Shown here piece by piece: positions 10,733 through 19,799 of a stretch of 64,000 nucleotides of DNA. Each line of letters begins with the position of its first letter. The first letter of the stretch is position 1. The notes under the pieces are model-generated. The model did no database searches. It saw nothing but the letters and a program-made list of their open reading frames with translations, and was not told the DNA's origin. Made by a program: the position numbers and the translations under genes. This stretch comes from an uncultured candidatus Porisulfidus sp. (lineage in GTDB: Bacteria > Pseudomonadota > Gammaproteobacteria > Poriferisulfidales > Oxydemutatoraceae), in the NCBI GenBank assembly GCA_965215125.1, contig OZ244052.1:1984001-2048000 (forward strand), given 5' to 3'.

Positions 10733-12148
10733 ATGAGCGCGCTTGCCGACTTTTCCAAGTCTCGGGTATTAGTCGTAGGCGATCTGATATTAGATCGCTA
10801 CATACAAGGCAAAACTTCTAGGATTTCTCGCGAAGCACCGGTGCCGGTCGTACTAGCCGAAGCCATCGAAGAGCGTTTGGGAGGTGCTGCCAATACCGCT
10901 GCAAACACCGCCGCCTTAGGCGCACACACAACGCTGATTGGTTTTGTCGGGCAAGATGCCGCAGGCGAAGACCTTCGAAAATTGCTGAGCGACAACACGA
11001 TAAAAGCCGAACTGATAGAAAGTAAAAATGCCGAAACGATCGTCAAATCCAGAATTCTCAGTAAAAATCAACAGCTACTTCGTCTGGATAGGGAGAGAGG
11101 ATACCACGACGAGAAAGAACTCGCACAACTCTACGACTGCTATGTGGCTTGTTTAAGCGACGCAGATGTCGTCGTGTTGTCCGATTATGCCAGCGGGACT
11201 ATGCGAGATGCACAGAAATTAATAGCAGCTGCGCGTAAAGCGAATAAACCGGTATTCGTAGATCCTAGGCAAAGGAATTTTTATTCGTATAAAGGGGCGA
11301 CTGTGTTAACACCCAACTACGATGAATTCAGAGCGATTGTAGGCCGCTGCGACGATCTGCAGACCCTCGAGCGTTCGGGTCTGAAGCTCAAAGAAGATTT
11401 ATCGTTGACTGCGTTGCTTGTAACTCGCGGCAAAGAAGGTATGTCGTTGGTACAGAATGCCGAGCATACCTTCCACTTGCATGCCAAAGCTCGAGAAGTC
11501 TACGATGTTACCGGTGCCGGCGACACGGTCATTGCAGTGATGGCAACCGCGTATGCCTGTGGCTTATCGTTGCCCGAAGCCATGCGCCTTGCCAATCAAG
11601 CGGCGAGTTTGGTTGTTGCGAAGTCCGGTACCGCAACCACAAGTTACGACGAATTGGAATATAGCTTGCGACGCGAAGCCGATACCAAAATAGTCCGAGA
11701 ATTGCCGACACTGCTCAAACAAGTGGAAGAGGCACGCCGTAGAGGTTCGCGTATCGTAATGACCAACGGTTGTTTTGACATACTACATGCCGGTCATATT
11801 CATAGCTTAAGGCAAGCAGCGTCTTTGGGAGATTGTTTGATCGTTGCGGTCAACGACGACGACTCGGTGCGTCAAATCAAGGGAGAAGATCGACCGTTTA
11901 ATAATTTGGCTCATCGCTTAAGCGTGTTGGCGGAGTTGCGTACGATTGATTGGCTTATCCCTTTTTCGGAAACGACACCGATCGCGTTGATAGAAGCTAT
12001 CACGCCGGATATACTAGCCAAAGGAGGAGACTATAAAGTGGAACAAGTCGATGGTTATCAACATGTAATCGCCGAGGGGGGACAAGTGGTCATATTGGAT
12101 TATGTAGAGGGGTTGTCTACCACGAAATTCTTAGAGAAACTAACTTGA
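10733..12148 (+). CDS. hldE: bifunctional heptose-7-phosphate kinase / heptose-1-phosphate adenylyltransferase
   Basis: RISREAPVPV, DVTGAGDTV, TNGCFDILHAGH, KGGDY. Start moved to in-frame ATG 10733 to remove the ilvE overlap. Confidence 0.94.
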   Translation: MSALADFSKSRVLVVGDLILDRYIQGKTSRISREAPVPVVLAEAIEERLGGAANTAANTAALGAHTTLIGFVGQDAAGEDLRKLLSDNTIKAELIESKNAETIVKSRILSKNQQLLRLDRERGYHDEKELAQLYDCYVACLSDADVVVLSDYASGTMRDAQKLIAAARKANKPVFVDPRQRNFYSYKGATVLTPNYDEFRAIVGRCDDLQTLERSGLKLKEDLSLTALLVTRGKEGMSLVQNAEHTFHLHAKAREVYDVTGAGDTVIAVMATAYACGLSLPEAMRLANQAASLVVAKSGTATTSYDELEYSLRREADTKIVRELPTLLKQVEEARRRGSRIVMTNGCFDILHAGHIHSLRQAASLGDCLIVAVNDDDSVRQIKGEDRPFNNLAHRLSVLAELRTIDWLIPFSETTPIALIEAITPDILAKGGDYKVEQVDGYQHVIAEGGQVVILDYVEGLSTTKFLEKLT

Positions 12149-12149
12149 G

Positions 12150-14078
12150 GTGAACGGGCGAATACAACAGCTCGCCGTATCGGGCATGCTTATGCTTGCG
12201 TGTCACGGTGTTTTTGCAAACCAGCTATTACAAAAGCAAAGAACCTTATATCTCAAAGCCGAACAAACGCTCAAGCAAGGACACGGTGCTTTCTTTTCAC
12301 AACAGCGTGATTTGCTAAGCGACTATCCGTTGTACCCTTATCTGTTGTATCTAGATATGGCAAGACGCATCGCATCTGTGGAAACCAAGACCATCGTCGA
12401 TTTTCTAAATTTCTATGACGGCACACCGGTTGCCGACAAATTGCGCTATAAATGGTTGAAGCATCTGGTAACTAGAAATAATTGGCAACTATTTGCACAA
12501 CACTATCGGGCCGGCCGGTATTACTCGGATAAAGAACTCGCTTGTTTTTATGCGCAGAGTCTGCTACGGAGCAATCGTTTTAATGAACTACGTGCTTTGG
12601 CAAAACAACTATGGTTAGTCAATTTCTCTCAACCTTCGGAGTGCGATGCCGTTTTTCTATGGGGCAGACAAACTCGAGCGATTGACCAAGACCTGATATG
12701 GCAAAGGATTCTATTGGTTGTCAAAGGCGGTCGTTTGAGCCTTGCCGATTATCTCGCAAAGCAATTGGATGCCGATACACGCAAATGGTATGCTCTGCTC
12801 AAACAAGCCCATTCTCATCCGTTCAAAGCATTGGCAGAAATAGAAAGCCACTCAAAACATTCTCCATTTCTGCACCAAGTGCTTTTATATAGTCTGTGGC
12901 GGACACGAAACGAAGACTTACATAGAACGCACGCTTTGTGGAAAGGCATGGAGCGGTCTTTTAGACCTTATTCCGATGTCTACGAACACGCACGCAAAGA
13001 TTTAGGTATTTCTGCGTGCTGGCAATTAGAACCCGAGATAGGGTTGTACTATCTATCGTCCCTCGATGTTGCCGCTGCCGATGAGAATTTTTATCATTGG
13101 CGCATACGGTGTGCGCTTCGTTTGCAGAAATGGAAAACGGTTTTAGAAACTATTGAAGCATTAGACGAACCGAACCGAACGAGTAGCAGATGGCTTTACT
13201 GGAAAGCACGAGCACTCGAGCGTTTGGGAAGAGACGAAGAGGCAATGGCTACATGGAGACGCGGTGCCTCCGAGGCAAGTTATTACGGCTATTTGGCCGC
13301 CGACCGTATCGGCGCACCGTATGCGTTGTCTACCGTACTTCCCGAAGTCGAGCGAGCGACCCTAAACAAAGTTAAAGACTCGGATACGATGAAGCGAGTA
13401 TACGAGTTTTATGATATGGATAGGATTTTTGATGCCCGGCGAGAAATGCTATATCTGTTGCCTACAATGAGTAAGGACGAACGTCTAGGTATTGCTTTAC
13501 TATGCAGACAGTGGGGTTGGGCTACTTGTGCGATTGAAGCACTGAGCGACCCGATGTTTTGGCATAAAGAATTAGAGCTGCGTTTTCCTATGCCGTATGG
13601 CGATCTCGTCGCTGCCCAAGCTCGTCAAGCCGATCTGCCGGCGCACTGGATTTATGCGGTAATGCGCCGCGAGAGTGCGTTCATAGAAGATATTAAATCG
13701 TCGGCAGGCGCACTGGGTTTGATGCAACTGATGCCGGCGACCGCTCGTCGCGTTGCTCAAGGTGCAAAGCTAAGTTATGCCTCTAATCGGTCGCTATTGC
13801 AACCCACGCTGAATATGCGGCTGGGGAGTACTTATCTAAGGCAAATGTACCTCGTCAACGACCGAAATTGGGCAGCGGCACTTGCCTCGTACAACGCCGG
13901 CCCTCATCGCGTTAAAAAGTGGAAATCGCAATCACCGGTATACGATGCAGATATCTGGATAGAGACGATACCGTTTGTCGAAACTCGTCGTTATGTAAGG
14001 GCTGTTTTGTTCTATACGGTTGTCTATTATTACAAGCTCCACCATAAGGCGATACGACTGAAAACTCTGGTACAGTAA
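12150..14078 (+). CDS. slt: soluble lytic murein transglycosylase (Slt70-like)
   Basis: Signal peptide, YPLYPYL, RRESAF, GALGLMQLMP, ASYNAGP, IPFVETRRYV. Confidence 0.92.
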   Translation: MNGRIQQLAVSGMLMLACHGVFANQLLQKQRTLYLKAEQTLKQGHGAFFSQQRDLLSDYPLYPYLLYLDMARRIASVETKTIVDFLNFYDGTPVADKLRYKWLKHLVTRNNWQLFAQHYRAGRYYSDKELACFYAQSLLRSNRFNELRALAKQLWLVNFSQPSECDAVFLWGRQTRAIDQDLIWQRILLVVKGGRLSLADYLAKQLDADTRKWYALLKQAHSHPFKALAEIESHSKHSPFLHQVLLYSLWRTRNEDLHRTHALWKGMERSFRPYSDVYEHARKDLGISACWQLEPEIGLYYLSSLDVAAADENFYHWRIRCALRLQKWKTVLETIEALDEPNRTSSRWLYWKARALERLGRDEEAMATWRRGASEASYYGYLAADRIGAPYALSTVLPEVERATLNKVKDSDTMKRVYEFYDMDRIFDARREMLYLLPTMSKDERLGIALLCRQWGWATCAIEALSDPMFWHKELELRFPMPYGDLVAAQARQADLPAHWIYAVMRRESAFIEDIKSSAGALGLMQLMPATARRVAQGAKLSYASNRSLLQPTLNMRLGSTYLRQMYLVNDRNWAAALASYNAGPHRVKKWKSQSPVYDADIWIETIPFVETRRYVRAVLFYTVVYYYKLHHKAIRLKTLVQ

Positions 14079-14099
14079 ATTTAGCAGATTGGATATTGG

Positions 14100-14148
14100 T
14101 CCATTCCCCTCCTATGGAGGGGTGGCAGGCTTCGCCTGACGGGGTGGT
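14100..14148. repeat. CCCCTCC-GGAGGGG hairpin plus CAGGC-GCCTG hairpin repeat
   Basis: attcccctcctatggaggggtggcaggcttcgcctgacggggtgg; related copies near 9500, 22965, 23640, 46215, 48238, 52610. Confidence 0.85.
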
Positions 14149-14260
14149 CGCAGAAGCTGGGCTGTTGAAAAAGTGCAGACATCGCACAAATCCAACCGCT
14201 TTGCGCCGTATAATTATCCAACCCACCTGTAGGGGCAGACTGATATGATGCCTTATTAAA

Positions 14261-14266
14261 AGTCAA
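14261..14266 (-). promoter_or_regulatory. -35 box (TTGACT) at the IS110 right end, half of the circle-junction promoter
   Basis: In the reconstructed circle it lies exactly 17 bp from TATATT in the left end. Confidence 0.75.
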
Positions 14267-14317
14267 GTTATTTTATTCGTTTTTTATCTTTTTCTATCTC
14301 CTCTTCTGAGTATCAAT

Positions 14318-15304
14318 TTAGGACGCAGATACGCAACAATAATTCGGGTCAAACGGTTTCTTGTGCTTGAGTATTCCGTAAATGATACGCGTCAGTTTAT
14401 GGGCGCAAGCAACAATAACCTGCTTTTTGGTTAAATCCGGACGCCGCCGGCTTAACTGGTCGGCGAACGCACGGACGATTGGGTTATGAACCCGAGCCGA
14501 GAGTGCCGCCATAAATAGTGCGGTGCGCAGGTGTGCATCGCCAATTTTAGAGATGTGCGCCTTCGCCTCGTAGTTGCCGGATTGCTTGCGCATCGGAGTG
14601 ATGCCGATATAGGCGGCAAGTTGCTTTGGGTGTTGAAACGTATTATCATCAAAAGCTGCACATAGGGTGGCTGCGGTTTGAGTTCCGATTCCAGTAATAG
14701 AGCAGAGCAATTGATACTGCTGTGTGAGTTGTTCGTCTTCAGCGATGATTTCGTAAAGTAAGGCGTCACACTCATGGATTTGTTTCTGGAGGTGAGCGAG
14801 TTCTGCAGCTGCCTTCTTTTTGAGCTGCATACTGCGCAGCGTCTTTGCACAGTTGCTTAACTGCGTATGGGACTTGGTTAATTGCCGGCGCCATTTCAGT
14901 GTATCTCTCAAGGCGAATACTGCTTCGGTAGGCTGTTCCCAGTCTTGAATATCACCGACTGCAAATGCGAAGCGTGCGATGAGTTGCGCATCAACGCCAT
15001 CGGTTTTATTACGCATACCCAGCGTTTTGCGGTAGCTCGCGACCTGTACAGGTGGCACAATCGTGATGGGATGTTGGTCATAGCTTTCCATGCACAGGTC
15101 TAGCTCAAAACCGCCGGTTGCCTCAACGCAGAGGCGACACTGTTGCGCACCATGCTCGGTAGCCCAAGATAACAGTTGTTTGATGCCTTGGGCATCACTA
15201 CTAAATTGTTGCTCGGCAAAACTATTATCAGTGAATAATAGAGCCGCCTCTAAAGTGTCTTTAGAGACATCAACGCCAATCGTGACGGGTTGTTTGTTTT
15301 CCAT
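14318..15304 (-). CDS. IS110-family DEDD recombinase/transposase (328 aa)
   Basis: GVDVSK, VEATG and KTDGVDA (D-E-D-D), SITGIG, AAYIGITP, KQSG (catalytic Ser), HISKIG, AHKL. Confidence 0.96.
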   Translation of the reverse strand: MENKQPVTIGVDVSKDTLEAALLFTDNSFAEQQFSSDAQGIKQLLSWATEHGAQQCRLCVEATGGFELDLCMESYDQHPITIVPPVQVASYRKTLGMRNKTDGVDAQLIARFAFAVGDIQDWEQPTEAVFALRDTLKWRRQLTKSHTQLSNCAKTLRSMQLKKKAAAELAHLQKQIHECDALLYEIIAEDEQLTQQYQLLCSITGIGTQTAATLCAAFDDNTFQHPKQLAAYIGITPMRKQSGNYEAKAHISKIGDAHLRTALFMAALSARVHNPIVRAFADQLSRRRPDLTKKQVIVACAHKLTRIIYGILKHKKPFDPNYCCVSAS

Positions 15305-15339
15305 AATAAATTACTCCATAAGGGTTGGTTAATGAATGA

Positions 15340-15540
15340 AATACTAGGTATCAAACACAGTTTAGGAAAGTATGACTACGCCGCCCAAACAGATGAATAC
15401 GAGATCTAAAGTCCCAAGCTGCCTTTCGAGCTCTATAGTCATAACGCCGGAGGAGTGCTTTTCATACCATCAGGCTTTAATGCCTCGTCCGTCCTGCAGC
15501 GTGTCTCCTCCGACTTCCTAGGCACTGCATCTACCTAAGC
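15340..15540 (-). ncRNA. predicted IS110 bridge RNA with target-binding and donor-binding loops; ends approximate
   Basis: Two stem-loops with internal loops, stems 15505-15514/15446-15455 and 15436-15443/15371-15378. Loop segments match the REP target and the donor junction. Confidence 0.8.
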
Positions 15541-15570
15541 GTTTATCTTATATCAAATAAGCCAGGGTTT

Positions 15571-15576
15571 AATATA
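15571..15576 (-). promoter_or_regulatory. -10 box (TATATT) at the IS110 left end
   Basis: 2 bp inside the core; pairs with TTGACT at a 17-bp spacer only after circularisation. Confidence 0.75.
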
Positions 15577-15890
15577 TCTGTCCGCCCTAAAGTTCCGTTC
15601 TGCACAGCCGTAACCGCTTGCGCCGTATGGTTTTGGTTTCCATAAATTGGATGAATGAATGTATAAATCGTGCAGGCGCAACGCGTTACGGGCAGAATAG
15701 AGCCGCCGATTGAGCCGGTAGGTCAATCGGCAATTCAATTGAAGTCCGCCCCTACGGTGTATGAAATACTTTTTCAACAGCCCCAGCGTATCTGCACAAG
15801 TATAGTGCTAGTCCTGACGAGACAAACTACCGGATTTTATGGTATGCTATAGTTTCTAGCAAGGTCTCGACGACCGAATAGGAGGGGAAA

Positions 15891-17747
15891 ATGAATGGTG
15901 ATTTACATAGTCTATCAAGAATAGTAAGTACATCAAATGGTTATCTGAGATTTAATCACAGCACCGGTAATCTGCAGACTAACGGCGGTAATTTTCTAAG
16001 CAGACTGGTAGTCTGGATACGTTTCAAAACCAGTTCGAGTTATAGAAGTTCAGTCTTAGATGCCAAGCGTCGGATTATGGAATCGATGTTATCCGATAGT
16101 GTCTACGGCGAAGACTTTCGTCAAAAAATAGAAGGCTTAGATAGAAGGCATGGATTTTTCTTCAACGATAAACCTCTGTCGGCAAGAAAAGTACGTCGCT
16201 TTATAAATGATGTAACGCAAGATGTGAATCAAGTACTTCATCGGGAAAGGTCCCAGGAGGAATTAAGCAAAGGTTTGGTTGATTGGGTATGCGGCAAAGG
16301 CAACACCATAGCGAGCGGTGAGACTTTCGAAGATAATCTACATGCGATGCTCGTCGAGAAACTGCAAGATGAACATGGTATCACAGCGGCGGATGTCGAT
16401 CTAAAGGGGATAGGTGACGAGATCCATCAAGCCTCCTTGAATGATCGAGAAGGGATGGCGACTGTCACCGACGGTGCGCAAGCTACCGTGCATGTAAGCA
16501 AGGCTATGTCTCGTATTTTGGAGGGGCGTATTGCCGATGCACGCTCGGTGAACCAAGCAAAATTATGCAGGCGGTTATCTGTTTCGGGCTTGTCCGAGAC
16601 GGAAATGGACACGGTAAATGCGGAGATTGCCGCATCTAAAATTACAACGATGGATGAATTAGACCAACATGTAAATCGCTTAATCATACTAAAAGTAGAC
16701 GAGGAATTTCCGCAATTACTTCAACGAGCACAAGCGGAACAAGATTTTAACGGCGAACTTGCGCAACTATCCGAGCTGAGGGCACAATTAAAAGAAGAGC
16801 TTACACGGCAGAGCGATCATCGGATGTTGTCGATGCAGGCTGCCCGCGACAAAGTCGGTCAATTATTAAATCGTTGGCTTGAAAACAAGCAACAAGCGAT
16901 CGCCGCAGCGCAAGAGAGTCGACACACAAGCATAGTCGATGTATTAACCAAACTTGCATTACAGGAACCTCGGGCGCGCAAAGAGCATATTCAATCTTTT
17001 AGACAAACGATAGAGCAGACCTTGGATGAGATTTACGAAAAAAACCGTTCCGATTATGAAGCACTCAATGTTGCTAAGGCAAAACTTTTCTCCATGTTAT
17101 ATAAATTTGATCGCCGAGAAGTATTATTGAAGCGTTTGCAGGATTTGGTTAAAGAGACGCAAACGGCAAGTTCTCTGTTTGAAGACGATATTCGGCAAGT
17201 TCCGGACATTAAAGGCGTGGCTAAAAGATATGTTGAATCGGTGAGTAAGCCCATGGTACGAAGCCACGCAAAGGTGTCGGCTTTAAGAGGAAGAATTCCG
17301 GATTATATTTTCCATACCATGCTGGAGAAAGTAAGCAAGGGTTATGTATGGGAACCGAGGTTTGTTTCTGCGGCAAACGGGATGCACATAGCCAACCTGA
17401 CTAAAAAGGAAAACGAAGGGCTTTATGCGTTATTGGACTCACCGCAAGTTGCGCGAAAAAGAATAGGTAGCAGGGAAGACTTCGTTAGTTTTAGCTTAGA
17501 CGATTTACTCAAATCGATGCTGGGTCCTAAAAACATAGATAATCACAAAAAAAGGAGACAAGCCATAGATCAAGTGGTGCCCGACGAAGTTAAAGTCAAA
17601 CTGTTGGATGAATTGGATCGTCAGTTGTTGATGGTACGGAGCAGGGTTATGGATGAAGAAGATGCGAATGCTTTATTTGAAAGAGGAACGGTTAGATTTT
17701 TACGCGCCCAAGACATTAATTTTGAAGCGATGACCGCAAAGGAATGA
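15891..17747 (+). CDS. hypothetical helical protein, paralog 1 of a tandem trio (candidate secreted effector)
   Basis: 618 aa, AGGAGG RBS, collinear similarity to the next two ORFs. Confidence 0.8.
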   Translation: MNGDLHSLSRIVSTSNGYLRFNHSTGNLQTNGGNFLSRLVVWIRFKTSSSYRSSVLDAKRRIMESMLSDSVYGEDFRQKIEGLDRRHGFFFNDKPLSARKVRRFINDVTQDVNQVLHRERSQEELSKGLVDWVCGKGNTIASGETFEDNLHAMLVEKLQDEHGITAADVDLKGIGDEIHQASLNDREGMATVTDGAQATVHVSKAMSRILEGRIADARSVNQAKLCRRLSVSGLSETEMDTVNAEIAASKITTMDELDQHVNRLIILKVDEEFPQLLQRAQAEQDFNGELAQLSELRAQLKEELTRQSDHRMLSMQAARDKVGQLLNRWLENKQQAIAAAQESRHTSIVDVLTKLALQEPRARKEHIQSFRQTIEQTLDEIYEKNRSDYEALNVAKAKLFSMLYKFDRREVLLKRLQDLVKETQTASSLFEDDIRQVPDIKGVAKRYVESVSKPMVRSHAKVSALRGRIPDYIFHTMLEKVSKGYVWEPRFVSAANGMHIANLTKKENEGLYALLDSPQVARKRIGSREDFVSFSLDDLLKSMLGPKNIDNHKKRRQAIDQVVPDEVKVKLLDELDRQLLMVRSRVMDEEDANALFERGTVRFLRAQDINFEAMTAKE

Positions 17748-17829
17748 TGCCGAGTTATGAATTTTTGCTTGCAATATGTGGAATAACGGGGCTTGAAGAC
17801 AACAACAATTTCCTAAATAGGAGGGTGAT

Positions 17830-19734
17830 ATGAATGTAATAAATTTACAATCTTTAGTGCAGATGATCAATCGATCACACGGTTATATCGGTTTAGACCG
17901 ATCGACGGAGGAATTGAAGACCGAGGGAACTCATTTTATAGGCAAGGTAGTCACTTGGGTGCGTTTTAGGTTTAATAAAGATTATAGAGAAGCGGCTTTG
18001 CTCGCCAGAGGCAAAGTAAAGGATTTGCTATCGAATGATCCGTTGCACGGCAAGGATTTCAAGGCAAGAATAAACGAATTAGATCCTCAAGGCAGTATTT
18101 TCTATAAAGATAAACCATTGTCGGCTAGAAAAGTGTATCGCTTTATCAGCGATGTACAGCGGAATGCAACGGAAAAAATCGACCTAGCACAAGGATGGAT
18201 AGACTGGTACAGCGGCAAAGCCGAGTCGATGTCAAGTAGAGAGCGTTTTGATAATAAGGCGGAAGCTATGCTTAGAGAAAAGATTAAAGGTCGGAGAGGT
18301 ATTTCGGTTGAGGATGTCACTTTAATATTTCTAAGCGATGAGGTCAATAGACAGGCTCGGGACGACACAGCGGGAATTAAAACGATAGTGGATCAGGCTG
18401 ATGATCAGCAGGCGCAATATGCGCAAAGGTATGTAGATCGGATACTGTCGGAGGCATTGGATCGGCGCATCGATGATGCTCGTCTAGAATTACAAAACGA
18501 ATTAAACGGATATCTTGAGGCTTCCGGTTTAGACGGTGAAATAAAGCAAGCGATAACGACGGAGATTGCCGATGCAACGATAGCGACAACCGGCGAGTTA
18601 AAGACGCGCGTCAACGAAGCCGTCGTCAAGCAGATAGGCAATGAGTTTGAAGGTTTGCTTGCGCAAGTGCGAGAAGATCACCAATTTAGCGAACGGCTCA
18701 CGCAGTTGCCGGAAGTCCAACAGCAATTACAGACGAAGCTCGCACAGCAGAATCAAGGTCGGATATTATCGGTTAAAGGAGCACGCATGCAAGCAACCCG
18801 GCTATTAAGCCAATGGGTATTAGGCAAAAAAGAAGCCATCGTGGCACTTGAACACGCTCAATACGCCGGTATGGATGATTTGTTGAAGAAATTGTTGCTA
18901 CAGAACCCTTATTTAGGGAAGCCGCAGATTGAATCTATACAACGAGACATGGAACAAACATTGGATGAGATTTATGACAAAGACGCAGAAGCCTGCCAAG
19001 CCCTAGGATTGGATAAGGGAAAAATTTTATCTAAGATGCATCAGTCTGTTCGCCGCAATATACTATTTGAACGCCTTAAAGAGCTATCTAATTGGGCACC
19101 CAAACCAGACTCTTTGTTTGACGGCAAGAATTGGGGATTAACAGGCGTTAAGACTGCGGTGCGAAATTATACCGAAGATATCGTTGCTCCCTTGCTCGAC
19201 AGTTATAAGAAAGTATCAAGCCTAAAGGGCAAGATACCGAATCGTATTTATGAAACTTTAATGCGGGAAGCCGGCAAAGGTGCCCGGTTGGAACCTGAAT
19301 TTATATCCATAGCAAATCAGATGCATATTAACACCTTGACCGATAACAATTATAGTGGGTTTTATAGATTATTACAGACACCGGAAGTTGCTAAAAAGAG
19401 GATAGGTAGTAAGGATAGTCTCGAAGATTTCACCTTAGACGATCTGCTCAAAGTAATGCTATCCGCTAAAGATATTCGTAATCCCGAGAAAAGACGGCAG
19501 GCGATAGATAGGCTAATACCCTCTATGGCGAGAGATCAATTATTGGACAAATTGGAGGCGCAGTTGGGAATGGTAAAGAGTAGGATAATGAATGAAGAGC
19601 ATGTCACCGCTTTATTTCAAAGAGGTGCAAGCAGTTTTTTACGAGACTTAAAAATTAATTTTGAACACCGAGTCGCAACCGCCCCGGCAGAATCGCCGAA
19701 GGATTCCATTGTTCGTTATGAGACACCTGTCTAG
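17830..19734 (+). CDS. hypothetical helical protein, paralog 2 (candidate secreted effector)
   Basis: 634 aa, AGGAGG RBS, shared motifs (KPLSARKV, LLQTPEVA, QAID, INFE); ends YETPV. Confidence 0.8.
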   Translation: MNVINLQSLVQMINRSHGYIGLDRSTEELKTEGTHFIGKVVTWVRFRFNKDYREAALLARGKVKDLLSNDPLHGKDFKARINELDPQGSIFYKDKPLSARKVYRFISDVQRNATEKIDLAQGWIDWYSGKAESMSSRERFDNKAEAMLREKIKGRRGISVEDVTLIFLSDEVNRQARDDTAGIKTIVDQADDQQAQYAQRYVDRILSEALDRRIDDARLELQNELNGYLEASGLDGEIKQAITTEIADATIATTGELKTRVNEAVVKQIGNEFEGLLAQVREDHQFSERLTQLPEVQQQLQTKLAQQNQGRILSVKGARMQATRLLSQWVLGKKEAIVALEHAQYAGMDDLLKKLLLQNPYLGKPQIESIQRDMEQTLDEIYDKDAEACQALGLDKGKILSKMHQSVRRNILFERLKELSNWAPKPDSLFDGKNWGLTGVKTAVRNYTEDIVAPLLDSYKKVSSLKGKIPNRIYETLMREAGKGARLEPEFISIANQMHINTLTDNNYSGFYRLLQTPEVAKKRIGSKDSLEDFTLDDLLKVMLSAKDIRNPEKRRQAIDRLIPSMARDQLLDKLEAQLGMVKSRIMNEEHVTALFQRGASSFLRDLKINFEHRVATAPAESPKDSIVRYETPV

Positions 19735-19799
19735 TTGGGAGTTTCCGTCATTCAATCGTTCATTTGACATTGCGAGATTATTAGCCGAGGAGGGGAAAC

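Larger units (their letters stand above)
14246..15580 (-). mobile_element. complete IS110-family (IS621-like) insertion sequence inserted in a REP hairpin
   Basis: TG dinucleotide at both junctions (14246-14247, 15579-15580). Removing the element restores GTAGGGGCAGACTGATATGTCCGCCCT, same length and pattern as empty REPs such as 52655-52681. Confidence 0.92.
14159..15784. mobile_element. MITE-like element interrupted by an IS110 insertion
   Basis: Ends GGGCTGTTGAAAAAGT (14159) and ACTTTTTCAACAGCCCC (15784). With the IS removed the unit is about 293 bp and its interior resembles 34289-34582 and 56637-56894. Confidence 0.75.

Noticed and set aside
15381-15486. Alternative guide assignment using GGGCGG (target-like) in hairpin 2 and AGGCAU/CUGAUG (donor-like) in hairpin 1
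   Set aside because: These segments fall mostly in predicted stems and do not give paired left and right guides around one core. The chosen assignment does, and it follows IS621 loop order. Not excluded without covariation data.
15553-15852. Short ORFs 15553-15777 and 15670-15852 and their look-alikes at 22937-23215, 9403-9716, 34171-34720, 46105-46290 and 52483-52922
   Set aside because: Their mutual similarity comes from translating the non-coding repeats; there is no RBS or family evidence.
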